A stretch of DNA of 64,000 bases from Selaginella moellendorffii (Eukaryota > Plantae > Lycopodiophyta), in NCBI RefSeq assembly GCF_000143415.4, contig NW_003314388.1, positions 343,361 through 407,360 on the forward strand, in the 5' to 3' direction. The position numbers and the translations under genes are program-made. This document shows, piece after piece, positions 40,801 to 52,884 of the stretch. The notes beneath the pieces were generated by a model. The model was not told the origin of the DNA, ran no database searches, and saw only the letters and a program-made list of their open reading frames with translations. Within the stretch, counting starts at the first letter, position 1; the number at the start of each line of letters is the position of its first letter.

Positions 40801-43473
40801 GGCCTCACGCCATTTTGATTATAGATCGTTGTGAATATTCAGACACGAGGACTGAAAAGCGCACTGGTGGCGCATCGAAGAAGGACAAACAGACAAGCAA
40901 TAGGAAAAAAGGAGGTACAAATTATATTTGCAATGGCGTGTGGTCTCATGCCATTCCTTGCAGGAGAAACTTCTTCAAAGGCAAAACAGGCAAGCACCAG
41001 CCAAGCTCAAACTGACAGTGGTCATAAAAAGCGAAAGCACGTTGGACAGTCGTCGAGATCAGAGGCGTTTGATTCGAAAAGGAAGAAGGGCAACGAAAAG
41101 ATGATAGGTAATGCCTCGCGGTTATGGCGTGTGTGCTCATGCCATTCATTGCAGATCAAGGGCTGAGTGAAAGCAGGCAGTCACCACCTCATGACTCAGA
41201 TTCCTATGGCGGACTCCCCTTCCCCAATCTCAATGGAGAGGTACAATGGATGAGGGAAGCTTTTCAAGTCAGGGCCACGTTTTTCTCATCTCGTCGTCTT
41301 CGAAGGGTGCAAGAACGTGCAGAAACCATGTTAAGACAGTCGGGTGAGGATACGGTCCTAGGTCACGCACTAAAACACGCTATGGATGTCTTGTATTTTG
41401 AGATGGAGACTCGGCCAGATGATTTTCCCAAGATGGTCCTGGAAGAACAAGTCATCCAGCCTGAGCAGCCTATGGAAGAAATGCAGGAGGGGGATGAGGA
41501 GCCAGAGAAAGATAATGAGCAGGAAGAGCAGAAGGACGAAGAGGAGGACAAAGAAGAGGAGGACGAAGAAGAGGAGGACGAAGAGGACTTGGATGGTCCT
41601 CACAATGGTGACGATCACAATAACGACGACGACGATGATGACGACGATGGCCAGCCTGAGGTGGCCAAAGAGCAGCGGAGGAAGGTCATACAAGACAAAC
41701 TATCAGGTAAATAATAGTACATCCATTCCTAACCTTTTACCATTTCTAACATTGTCCATGTAGGTCGCAGAGCAAATGGTAAGTAGAGATTATTCAGTTG
41801 AATTTACAAACTCTAGCCTTTAGTGTCGAGGAAGGATAGTGCCAAGCAAGGGTCGAAACGTATGTCCAATCCTTCAGAATCAGCAGTGCGCCCAAGTGAT
41901 ATCGGTCCTAGTTCCTCAATAGCAGTTGATGGTAAATACAGTATAGTCGATTCAATGTGCTAATGAGTTTGTTTTTAGTAGCACGGGAGGATACCATCTC
42001 AATCGAAGGGAGATATTTGGACATGCATATGGATCCGCCAGTGGACTCTACTTGGCTGCAAGAGTCATCAGAGCTGGTGGAGGCTACTATCCATATCAAC
42101 GCCAAGCAAGCTGACCACGCTCCACTTGATGCTGCCCATACCATTGAGTCAATCTTGTCCACGTATCCAACTGACGGTGACCAGGCGCCATTGGACCCAC
42201 ATGAGGCCGCCCCAGCCGCCGAGCCGGTCGTATCCTCATTTCCAACGGACTCAACGTGTGCCCAATCGTCTGACTACGCGCCGTTGGAACCTCCCTACAC
42301 CGCCCCTGCTGCCTGTTCGGTCATGTCCACTTTACCAACGGAGGCACCAGCTGAAATGGCGTGTGATCACACGCCATCGGAACCACCCCATGCCACTGTT
42401 GAGCCAGTTGTACCAGAGTCTACAGCTGAAATGGCATGTGTCCACATGCCATCGGATGCGATTGACCCCACATTGCAGAGGAGAGTATTTCCGCCCTTCA
42501 CGTTTCCTCGACCAAAACCCTCTCAACGACCATCGGGAGCAACATTCGCTAATATTGTAGATGGTAAAATTGACTTGTACCATTTTTTATGCTGACGCAT
42601 TTCATTTCAGAGTCACGGCGAAGGTACTGTATCGTTTTTGATCTGAACGGTGTCCTTTTCTCCCATGAGCGTGGCTCGTCCTCGAATGTCATTGCACCCT
42701 CCAAAGCCTGCGGTCGCAAGTTGGTCAAAAGAGACAGATTCACATTAATCACACGGGAGAAACTGCGGGATCTAATAATGACCATGCGACACTTAAAACA
42801 GAGGGCCGGGTTCAATTTGCAATTGGGAGTTTGGACATCCATGATGCGCCACAATGCATTAACGTTGCTACAGATGATGCACGATCAGACGCGAGTAATA
42901 TTACCATTTGACTTTCTCCTAACGCAGGAGGATTGCTTGACTATGGTCCATGTGAGGGGTAGCAAGCCCATCTTCGTCAAGCCAGAGGCTGTAGTGATGA
43001 ACCAGATTGCTAGCTCAAGTGAAATCCTCATCATCGATGACTCGCCGATTAAAACTGCAGCGAACACGCACACATATGCAGTGCACCCCATCTCTTGCAG
43101 TATGGAAACTAGGGAGAAGAAACCGTATGTTCTGGGGGACCTTGCAAAACGGCTTGGAGCGATGGTGATAGAGAACCGGCCAGTCCAGGAGGTGGCTGCA
43201 GAAATCAACCAAATGGCAGATGGAACGGTATATCAGAAGCCATTTGATCGGACAGACACCAGTCATCATTTATGGCATGTATATTGTCTAGCCAAGCACT
43301 ATCCGCATCTCCATAATCTGCTCAACCGGATGGGTTCTTCGACCACTGAACATGAGCGTGGACGTATTAGAGAAGAGATGGCATTACTATTGGGTTTAAA
43401 TCCTGATAGTGTGGAGAGTGATGAAATTCCAAGATTATTGTATAGGCGTTGGAGGCAAAAAATAACAGTCTGA
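37851..43473 (+). CDS. Transposon cargo gene, 11 exons, about 1643 aa: ParB/Srx-like + degenerate amino-MTase-like + acidic/low-complexity linker + FCP1/NIF HAD phosphatase-like; one in-frame TAG at 40223-40225
   Basis: GT-AG exon chain keeps frame: 37851-37853, 38093-39271, 39326-40649, 40700-40786, 40843-40914, 40964-41107, 41155-41706, 41764-41778, 41824-41931, 41979-42563, 42611-43473 (4932 nt). Motifs: RLVSDEWVEKL...FYAVSGQHS; GKCVVEYNCGG..RAALLKG..CVAV; IVFDLNGVL...VWTS...IIDDSPIK. Confidence 0.7.
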
Positions 43474-45761
43474 GATGGCATGTATTTATTTAAAAATGTA
43501 ACTTATTATGGCATGGGGTTCCATGCCATTGTATTAATATTAAAAGACAATTCTTTGAGAGGATTTGCATTATACTAGAAGTGTTACAGCATGTTATTGG
43601 AAGTCTACGAAGTTGTTTTATTAATAATGGGAAAGTAAAGATTGAATGGGGACTTGGGCTCCACCTAGACTCGGAGCAATTGAGCCAATATTAAAAGGAT
43701 GGAAAGAAATTGGACGACGATGACAAGGAGAAGAGAGAGGTGAAGCAGTGGCAGGGGGAGGAGAAGTGATTGAGTAGACATTTCCTTGTTTAAAATAAAA
43801 TGGCATGTGCCTCAATGCAGTTGAATTTTGTTATATTTGTATACTATATAAAGGTTTGGAAACCTTATTTTACAAGTGGGATAATGACAATTCCCACTTT
43901 AACGAAATAGAGCTTCTTGGTTATGCCCTTCGATTAATATGGTTCAATTCTATCCCTTTACTACTTACTTTTGCCCTCATGCATTTCCTTCAGTCATTCT
44001 CCTCTAGATTAAAAAGATAGCTTTGCGCTTTTTACCATGCCTTAGCAAGTATTCATAGGGATGAACGAATCGAATAGCTTAGGAAGTGGTTCCTCAATTT
44101 GGGTATGCTCACCTTGTATTCCCATACACCCGGATTAACGTTGCTACTTATGGGCCTTTATATGTCTATCACTAGCTTTGCCAAAATCCCTTTTTGATTT
44201 TGTCTAATTTGGGTAGACAGACTTCTCCCATCTTTGCAACCTTGGACATTTGGATACCACTTTTTATTCATCATTCGCTAGGGACTTAGTCCCTTGGGCC
44301 TTATCTAATGCCCTCATGATACCAAATACCACTTTTTGGAGTTTTAGAGTGTTTGAGTGTCCCAATGATGGCCTTATTTGACAATGAACATTCCTTTTAC
44401 GACATTGACTTATTATATCACAACTTAAGTAATTTATCCCCCATAAGGGTACATTTAACTTTTTTATCCCAATAAGTAGTCTTGGGTAGTTACCTTTTAC
44501 CAATTATTATTTTACATCTTTTGCTTAGTTGCCTCATAGTGGTTAAGTCTTACAACTCATTGCTAGTGGTTCCACACCTCCATCATTATCTAGGTCACCA
44601 CACTCCAATCACATGCCTTCCAGCTTAGGCTATGTTATTCCCATTTCTATTAGGATTCCTTTGGGGAAGGGTTCTTAAGAACCTACCAACTTGACCTCAA
44701 GGCATCATGTCTTGGTGCATTCAGTGTTTTCACACTATTGGCTCCACAAGCCTACCTTTATAACACTTCTTACTTGTGTCTAAGTCTTTACCAAGATCAA
44801 TTTCGTTGTTTCTCATGCCAACTATCCATTAGCATATACCATAGAGTTTACATACAACTTTGTGTCAAAATTGTTCTCACCTTTCCCATGACTTGAGTAT
44901 GGCACTTTCTGCCATTAATAAGATACCCAATGTTTTCATACTTGGATCTTATGATCCTCCCCATCTTTCGTAGGACACAACACACCTCAGTCCAAATGCT
45001 TTTACCAGTCCCTTAAGACCATTCTTTGACTCTACTTGAGTCATCCAGCTTTTTAAACTTTGCCAATCCAATAACCCACAACGTCCCATTTTTGAGGTAT
45101 CAACTTACTGGAATACAACCTATTGTATTTATATCCTACTCATAAGGACCATCTTTACAAGTGTTATTCCAACACTTGATTATTTTCCATTCCTTGTGGG
45201 CTACCTTTGCCCTTTAAGACTATCTATCCATATTATGAGAATACTAACTCATCCTTTAAACACACCCCCAACTCCTTAGGTTTGTTTCAGCATTTATAAA
45301 AGGTAGCTCCCACTACCATTTCAAGGACTTATGTCCTTATCTGTATTTAACCTCTCACAATCATTAATTTTATGAGCACTAACCTTAATTATATGAGGGT
45401 AGTCTTGTGACTCCTTTATTGTTTTAGAGTCTCTGTCTTCCCCATGGTCCCAATTATAGTTGTTTACTATAACTACCTTAGCCAGTTTGCTAAGCCAAAT
45501 GCTCATCTGGATCATATCTTTAACTCTCTAAAGAAACCCTTATACTATTCTCAAGATCCCAAAGTCGTTCTATTATTGGCCCTTTTCTATCCACCACCTC
45601 ACCTACAAGTTCACCTATGAACTTTAGTGGAAAGCCATGTCTTCCCGACATGTTACTCCCCAAGGATAGGTCCACTACTAGGACCTTCTTATGCTAACAC
45701 CAGTGGTGATATACTTGAACACTAATAAAAGTTGGAGTAAGGAATAGCTCTGATACCAAAT

Positions 45762-47317
45762 TATAAGTGACTACTCCATTCTACTTTAGTCACTTAACCA
45801 CACCTCCAACCACTTGGAGGAGTCTCACTCACAACCTCCATAATTCCTATTCTGGACTTGAGGCTTACTAGCCACGAGAATGGCATTCCTGCCACTCAAC
45901 CTTTGCACTTGGTTCAAGTGCTTCACATGTCCAATCCTATGACTGACACTCAAATGTACCATCGACATATCAACCCATTACGTTAAAACCATGCCTAATC
46001 ACCTTTGCTGTACTAGTGGTTTAATATCCCCTAGATCACAATCCTGTCTCTCCAAGACTGAGCCATCCATCTATGAGTGGTCATTCTAAATCCACTCCTT
46101 AGCATCCTTAAGATGTCCACAGACATGGGAAACAACCTTCCCCAATATCCCTTTTTCAGTCCCCACTAAATCCTTTTTTGTCCATGGCCATGTTTGCCAA
46201 TATTGCCCTTGGAACAAGGCTCATAGGCCCAACCTCTAAGTCCCACTATCCTTTGGGACTTCCTCACCATGTGACTGTATCCTTAATCATTGCACTAAAG
46301 GACTGCTCCTTTTCCTTTTCACAATCTAGGACTTTGGGATAACATTTCGGAACACTATGGTCTTATATAATCCTCATAGGTACTCTCCCCACCTTCTGCC
46401 TTTTAGTGCTCTAGCTGTGGGCTTAGAGTGAGGTTCTGTTGAGCCACACCATGTATCCAAATAGGTAGTGCCACCCACACTTGGACTAGGAGCATTGACC
46501 ATTTGATCTCCTAGGGAAACTACAGTTGGCTCTTGAACATTTCACCAAATTACCCCGTTTTTCGGTTCGTATTCACTCTAGCCTTAGACTTCCTAGTGGT
46601 TATCCCATCACCCAACACCTAGGTGGCCAAATTAGCCTTTCCTGGCCAAATTGGTTCCACTAGAGTTCTCCCTCTACTATACTTTTGAAGCTCACCAAAC
46701 CCCCTAGGGTCTAGGAGACGAACGCTTTGGGCTTTCACCCTCGAACTCGAACTCAGACTTGAACTCGGACTTGGACTCAGACTCGGATTTAGACTCAAAA
46801 TCGGGCTCGGGCTTAGTCTCGGCCTTGGCCTCGGTCTTGGTCTCGACCTTGGACTCCATCTTGGGTCCTTCTTAGACTCCATCTCGGATTCCATCTTAGG
46901 TCCATCTCGAACTCCATTTCGGTCCATCTCAGACTCCATCTCAGGTCCATCTCGGACTCCATCTCAGACTCCATCTCGAACTTCGTCTCGGGTCCATCTC
47001 AGGTCCATCTCGAACTTCGTCTCAGGTCCATCTCAGGTCCATCTCGAACTCCATCTTAGACTCCTTCTCAAACTCCATCTCAGGCACTTCCACGTGTCAC
47101 GTGTTGGTCCTTTTATGTCCCTTTTTTAGAGACTCACTTATTGCTCGTTTCATGCTCGTTCTTCAAACACTTCATTGAGAGTTCCACTCCCGCTCTTGAC
47201 TTTTTTGAGTCAGAGCTTTTAGTCCAAATGTGTTACGCTTGTTTGGCTTTCACTTCGGCCACTACCATGTGGCACCCTTTCAGCTCCACTTTGGGGCTTA
47301 GGGGTTTGTTTCTCATA
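45762..47317 (-). repeat. 5' LTR, family B
   Basis: Adjacent to the PBS at 45747-45758; homologous to 27622-29184. Confidence 0.9.
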
Positions 47318-47550
47318 GTGGCGAGCCCGAGCTCGACCTTGGGCAGTTTCAGGGTCCGGGGGCCCGAGGTTATTCAAATAACCTCGGGCCCCCAGACCCC
47401 AAAACTGCCCGAGGTCAAACTCAAGCTTGCCACCTCAGACAGTTTTTGGCCTCGAGGGCCTGAGGTTATTTAAATAACCTCAGGCCCCCAGACCCCAAAA
47501 CTGCCCAATGTTGAGCTCGGGCTTGCCACCTCGTGCAGTTTCTTGCCTTG
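47318..47550. repeat. 96-bp palindromic array, right part
   Basis: Continues the unit interrupted at 27621. Confidence 0.9.
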
Positions 47551-50175
47551 GGTGAGCCCAATAGTGCCATTAATATCATATCGAATCTTGTGGTTGAGTA
47601 GATTTGCAATACGTTCCTAGGTATTGATTTGAAACTCCATTAGCAATGCAAGTTTTGCTTGAATTCTATTACCCACTAGATAGTATTGTGATTGATTGCA
47701 CAATAAATAATGGTTCTATGGTGGAGGTAGTATATGATTTTGATAGATTAGTGTTTGCTATTGAAGAACATCTATTCAAACACTAGCTTAGAGCTACCTC
47801 TAACCTCAAGGAGGTAAATTATATTTATTAAGATTTCAGTATATATTTAATTTTGTTTTATAGATCACAGTAATCTTGAGTTTTTAGAGTTGGAGGTTTT
47901 AGAAGTTTCCCAAAGTATGCAAAAGCTATGGTTTAACAAATGCAAATTGAGCACAGTCCCAATATAGAAGGAGGCATAGAAGGAAATGATATATTGATAA
48001 TAAAATAGAAGAAAGTTAAATGAATCCTTACTTGAGAAGAAAATCCTGTCATATATCAAAATGTCCATAATAATGTCAATGTTAGTATCATATTCCATAA
48101 TTGCAAATTGGTATTCTCACATGCAACCATCAGTTTGTAATATTTGTGTGTTGCCATCTCATCATTCAATATCTTATCAACAATTATATATGAAGTGATA
48201 ACACCATTTATGTAGCAATTATGGCAGAGCTCAAGAAAACTATAAAAGCCCATAAAAATGTCCTAACCCAAGAAAAAAAAGTCATATTAGGCATTTTAAA
48301 ATCAAACTCTTAATTTGTTCACTAATTCCCACTAAATCAAGAGCGAGCTCTTCTATGGATTGGGTGTACTAAACTTCAACTTGAGGAAATTCCCTATCAT
48401 TGACTTTGTCAATAGCTTAAAAAGTCTATAGTTTACACTAGCCAATGCATTATTTTCTAAAAGGATGTTGTTCCTCACCATGAAGCAATAGTGGGTATGT
48501 GTCCATAATTTATTCTTGAATTTATTATACATCCACACTTTCTAGACCCATTGTTAGGCAATTGTTATAGTGCTTAAGAAAATTTTGTAATGAAGACATT
48601 TGTCTTGTCCAAAAAAAAAGTAGCATATCAAACATTGAATATAATAGCATTTTGTGCTTTTAAGTAATCTTGCCATACCAAAAGAAAAATCTTGCAAAAA
48701 CATGTGGCACTACTCTTGAAGCGTTGAAGGTAATCCCTCTCTAATAACAATATTCAAAATTTTGTATATAAGGAGCTTTAATTCGACTTCATAAAAACCC
48801 TCAATAAAAAGAAGATTGTAATGTGGTTATGGTGGAAGTGAATGTGGAATGTTGGTAAACCTTAGGGATGAAGGTGGAGACTAATATGAGATGTTAAGGA
48901 CTCATATATGAGTAGCAATGACTTTCTTTTGAGCCATTTTTATATTAGAATTTTTAGGAGTGTAAGGATAATAAAAATACTATAATAACTAACTTTTCTT
49001 GGCATTTATATATTAATTTTTAGTCTTGGGAATGAGGTTTATTTATTATGACACTAATAATACTTAGATTTGTGAATTGTCAATCTCATAAATGAGATTT
49101 CACAATGATAGTCTACTTATGAATTGAAGAGCTTCTAGAATTCTAGATACACATGCTAGAATATTTGTCATTCTAATGCTACACTTGTGTCAACTTTCTA
49201 AAAAAATACACAATAAGGAAATATAAACTATATTATGGTAGCAGAGTATGCAAGCACACAAGCCCACATGTATTCTCTTATGTGAGATTACCTTTTAATC
49301 TTGGAAATGTAGATAAACTTGATTCTTTGATGTGATATCATTTTTGAGTCTTTTAAAAGATTTTGATTTCTATTATTATTATTCACAAATGACTCTCGAA
49401 AAAATGCTAGTGGGGATTCATCCCAAAAATATACCTTGGTCTTCAGGATTGCATTATAGGTAGACAAGTAGAGTTACTTTATATAAATTAATATATAAAT
49501 TACTTTATAGAAAGCTCTATAGAGTAGATTTTATATGAATTAATATATAAATTACTCTATAAAATGCTCTATAGAGTAGATTTGTTAGTTTTTTTTTTTT
49601 TTTGCTATATTCATTTCTTCATTTCTTTTGTTCTAGACTGTTGTTTTGGAACATGAAAAGTGATAATAGTCTTTACATTCCCGGATGGGTAATAAGGACT
49701 AAGAGTTTAATATAAATATTGTGATAGTGAAAGGAAATTAATATTCTCACATTGATTTGCCCTACAACTCTTACTTACAGATTTTTCTATTTTACTTAAA
49801 AACTCTAAAATGAATGAATAATATGTAAATATATATTGCCTTGACCAATATACACTATTAATGGCTATCCTTCAAAAAACTTTATCTTGATTCATATTTA
49901 GGCTTTTTTAACAAATTGCAAGAAAATCAAAATATGATAGTTGTAAAGATAATCTTTAGTAAGAAAATAGATAAGTTCTCATGAACTTTGTATTTTCTAA
50001 ATAACTCAATCTAGTAGAAACTTTTGACCTAGATCTTTATATATTTTAATATTTTAAAGTTTTTCAGAGCCTTAATTTTTTTAATATAGATTTTCTTTGT
50101 AAAAGTTATAGTTGACTGCATTGACTTACATGGACTTGTGTTGAGTTGAGCTCAACTCAATTTTGGACCATCCCC

Positions 50176-51620
50176 ATCTTTTATGTGGTTTGTAGACTGT
50201 GAGTGGGTGTTTATGAATCTTAAGGAATTATTGACCACTCCTCCAATTTTAACATACCTTGACTTAAACTTTCATTTTACACATGGATGCTTTTGATATC
50301 AATGTTGCAAGTGTATTGATGCAAAAGAGTCCAAATATGCTTGGTCAACATTATCCTATTACAACCAGCAAAGATGAACTACTCCATAATAGATAAAGAG
50401 TGTTTAGCAATAGTTTGGGGTCTTGAGAAGCTTCATGTATATTTGCATGGTTTTCAGACATTACTATAAAGTGATTATGTTGTAATTACTTTATTATTGA
50501 AGTGTAAAAACTTAGTTTATCGTACTACTTGATGGGCCTTGAAGATTTAGATATATGATTTAAAGGTTGTTCATTGCTTAAGGAGTTTTATAATTGATGT
50601 TAATACCCTTTCCCGAAATCTTCTCCCTTTTATACTCTCTTGATGAGCTTGTTATTTCTGCATTATTGGATTTTTTAGATAAAGATTCTATGCCATTGGT
50701 GATTGTTGTATATAATGTTTAATATTCATAAAGTATAAAGCAAAATTTACTTTCTTTTGACAAAGTTCGTGAGGCTCAAAACGTTGAATTATTGATCTAA
50801 AATTTTTGTGAGGGGGTTGAAAATCCTGTATCACTTGTTAATGACTTGCCATTTTGGCATTTACATTCTCAATATTGCCTTAAGGATGATCTTCTTTATT
50901 TTGTTGAGACTAAGTATGTTAATCATTTATGATTGGTGGTGGTTTTGATATTAATTCCACGCTTTCTTTATTTATCATGACTCTCCTATTCTAGGTATAT
51001 ATATAGAACATTAGTGTGTGACTAAAAGCTATGTAAATCTTTTTAGGCCAGAAATGCAATGTGATATTATCTAGTATGTGCATAGTTATGTTTGGTGCCA
51101 AGCTTGTAATACTCCCTCTTATATTATAAAACAGTTAAAGTCAACTACAATTTCTTATTCATTTAAATTAGTGGTATTTCATTTGATAAGACCTTTTCTA
51201 CAATCAACTATTGGCAATGAATACGTCATTATTGCCTCTAACTACTTGATGCTAGGTGGAAGTTAGTGCTTTTGCTGATGTGTCAAAAACTATTATTAGG
51301 TACTTCTTCCTTAATTGAGTGGTATTTGAACATTCTTATCTAGAGTGGATTCTCTCATGGTCTTGCATTTATGGCAACATCATGAATGGGGATATATATC
51401 ACTTTCACAAGTGTTTATCATCCACAGATAAATGGCTTGGTGGAATTATTTGTTAGGATATTTAAAGGGATGATCACGAAATATGTGAATTTTCAATATT
51501 CAAATTACATCACAGGGGTATAGAGTTTTATTAGTGTTTCACCATATAAACTTTTTTATAGTCATAATCCAATACTGCCAATAAAGTTCACAATTACTAT
51601 GAGTTATCAATGCTAGGTCC
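50176..51620 (+). mobile_element. Decayed Ty3/Gypsy pol, 3' half (RNase H and integrase remnants)
   Basis: LKELLTTPPIL, NYSIIDKECLAIVWGLEKLHVYLHG and YHPQINGLVE motifs; many stops. Confidence 0.8.
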
Positions 51621-51731
51621 TAAGATTAAAATTTAATAACTATTCTTCCACTTGTGAATGACTATTCTTCCACAAGGGGGACAACAATAATATTATAACT
51701 ATCATCATCATTTACTTAAAAAGTATAAAGT

Positions 51732-51733
<2 letters not shown>

Positions 51734-51766
<33 letters not shown>
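51734..51766. repeat. (CT)n microsatellite
   Basis: Direct read. Confidence 0.95.
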
Positions 51767-51768
<2 letters not shown>

Positions 51769-52020
51769 CCCTAATAGGGTTATTATCACAATTCTCTAAA
51801 TGACTAAACATAAATAAGTAAAGCTATGACTACTTTTGCAATAGCTTAGACTATTTGCCAATTGATACAATAATGTATCATTATTGCTAGGAATTCCTTT
51901 TGCCAAAAGAGGAAGTTGCATAGAAGAAAAAACATTATTGATGAAATTTTTGTAGCTTTACTTGTTGAATTTTTATATAGATTCTTCAAATATTCATATT
52001 GTAGTAATTTTTCTAGATAA

Positions 52021-52884
52021 TTAAATTATTGTACATAAATAGTTTTCATTTAATATCCACCAAATAGTATTAGGATATTTTGCTAAATAAATTTTTAAAT
52101 TACAATTATTTTGAATAGTTAAGTATGAAGAAATTATACAATTAGGTTTCTTAGAACAATATTTACCTGATGACCATATGACATCTTGGCCACTATATAA
52201 CACAAGATTGCCATCATTTTGAAGTTTTAATACACAAACATTAATATAGATTAGAGATATTTCTGATTCCCATATTTTATTATTTTTAAAGAAAATAGTA
52301 ACTTGACACTTTAATGTTACCATTAAGATAACTTTACCATTTGGAGAAATTAAATATTGATCTTGATGTAACTGTTGTGGATTATATAATGTATGTTGCC
52401 CAAGAGCACATAAAGGATTAAAACTTTCACCATAATTCTGTTGTAAGTTAACAGGCACATCAGTATACCACTCTTGAACCAATTTATATTGCATAAAGTA
52501 TTTTGGATTTTCATTTTCAAATGATCCAGGATGATTAATCTGTAATTCATTAATATTTGCATAGAAAAGTTTTTCAAAACCAGCTACTAAAGTTTTACCT
52601 AGGAGTGTTTCTTCATTATTACATTCATATTTTGTTTTGAATCTAAAATCTATAACACCTATGGAAGTAGTTATTAATTCACCATCAGCATAATTAGCAG
52701 GATATGGGTTATTATCAATTAATTTAGATATTAAATTTCTAAATACTGTAGCTATCTTTGCTATATCTTGAGGACTTAAAATTCCAAACTTTCCAAACTT
52801 TGGTTTATTCAATGGTGCTATAATACATGTTGATAAAATACATAATATAATATATATAAAGAAATAATTTAATAATTTTTCCAT
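52021..52884 (-). CDS. Secreted protein with C-terminal bulb-type (GNA/B-type) lectin domain, 287 aa, intronless
   Basis: Hydrophobic N-terminus; LHQDQYLISPNG...IWES...LKLQNDGNLVLY...IWSS...LTIQNNCNLKIY; TATA-like CTATAAAT about 90 bp upstream on the minus strand. Confidence 0.75.
   Translation of the reverse strand: MEKLLNYFFIYIILCILSTCIIAPLNKPKFGKFGILSPQDIAKIATVFRNLISKLIDNNPYPANYADGELITTSIGVIDFRFKTKYECNNEETLLGKTLVAGFEKLFYANINELQINHPGSFENENPKYFMQYKLVQEWYTDVPVNLQQNYGESFNPLCALGQHTLYNPQQLHQDQYLISPNGKVILMVTLKCQVTIFFKNNKIWESEISLIYINVCVLKLQNDGNLVLYSGQDVIWSSGKYCSKKPNCIISSYLTIQNNCNLKIYLAKYPNTIWWILNENYLCTII

Larger units (their letters stand above)
31318..43915. mobile_element. 12.6-kb TIR DNA transposon (Sola-like), copy 1, complete, 4-bp TSD CTTG
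   Basis: Perfect 24-bp TIR AAGCTCTATTTCGTTAAAGTGGGA (31318-31341 and 43892-43915); CTTG at 31314-31317 and 43916-43919; identity with copy 2 starts exactly at the TIR. Confidence 0.92.
27622..47317 (-). mobile_element. LTR retrotransposon, family B (decayed interior), TSD GTAGC/GTGGC, interrupted by the TIR transposon
   Basis: LTRs at 27622-29184 and 45762-47317; reverse-complement PBS GCTCTGATACCA at 45747-45758; PPT at about 29185-29196; the flanks rejoin one 96-bp repeat unit at GTGGC. Confidence 0.9.
23574..50175 (-). mobile_element. Large decayed DNA-transposon insertion (hAT-like) with 8-bp direct repeat ATCTTTTA; hosts later insertions
   Basis: ATCTTTTA at 23566-23573 and 50176-50183; removing the interval rejoins Gypsy RT to its connection/RNase H region. 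Minus-strand remnants resemble hAT transposase (BED-like WCKIK..HF.HFEG..KHL at about 25210-25290; FARFF..PF at about 25060-25100). TIRs are not clearly preserved. Confidence 0.5.

Noticed and set aside
31544-43821. 22-bp palindromes as a CRISPR array or MITEs
   Set aside because: Irregular spacing, located in introns and exons, and no individual TSDs seen.
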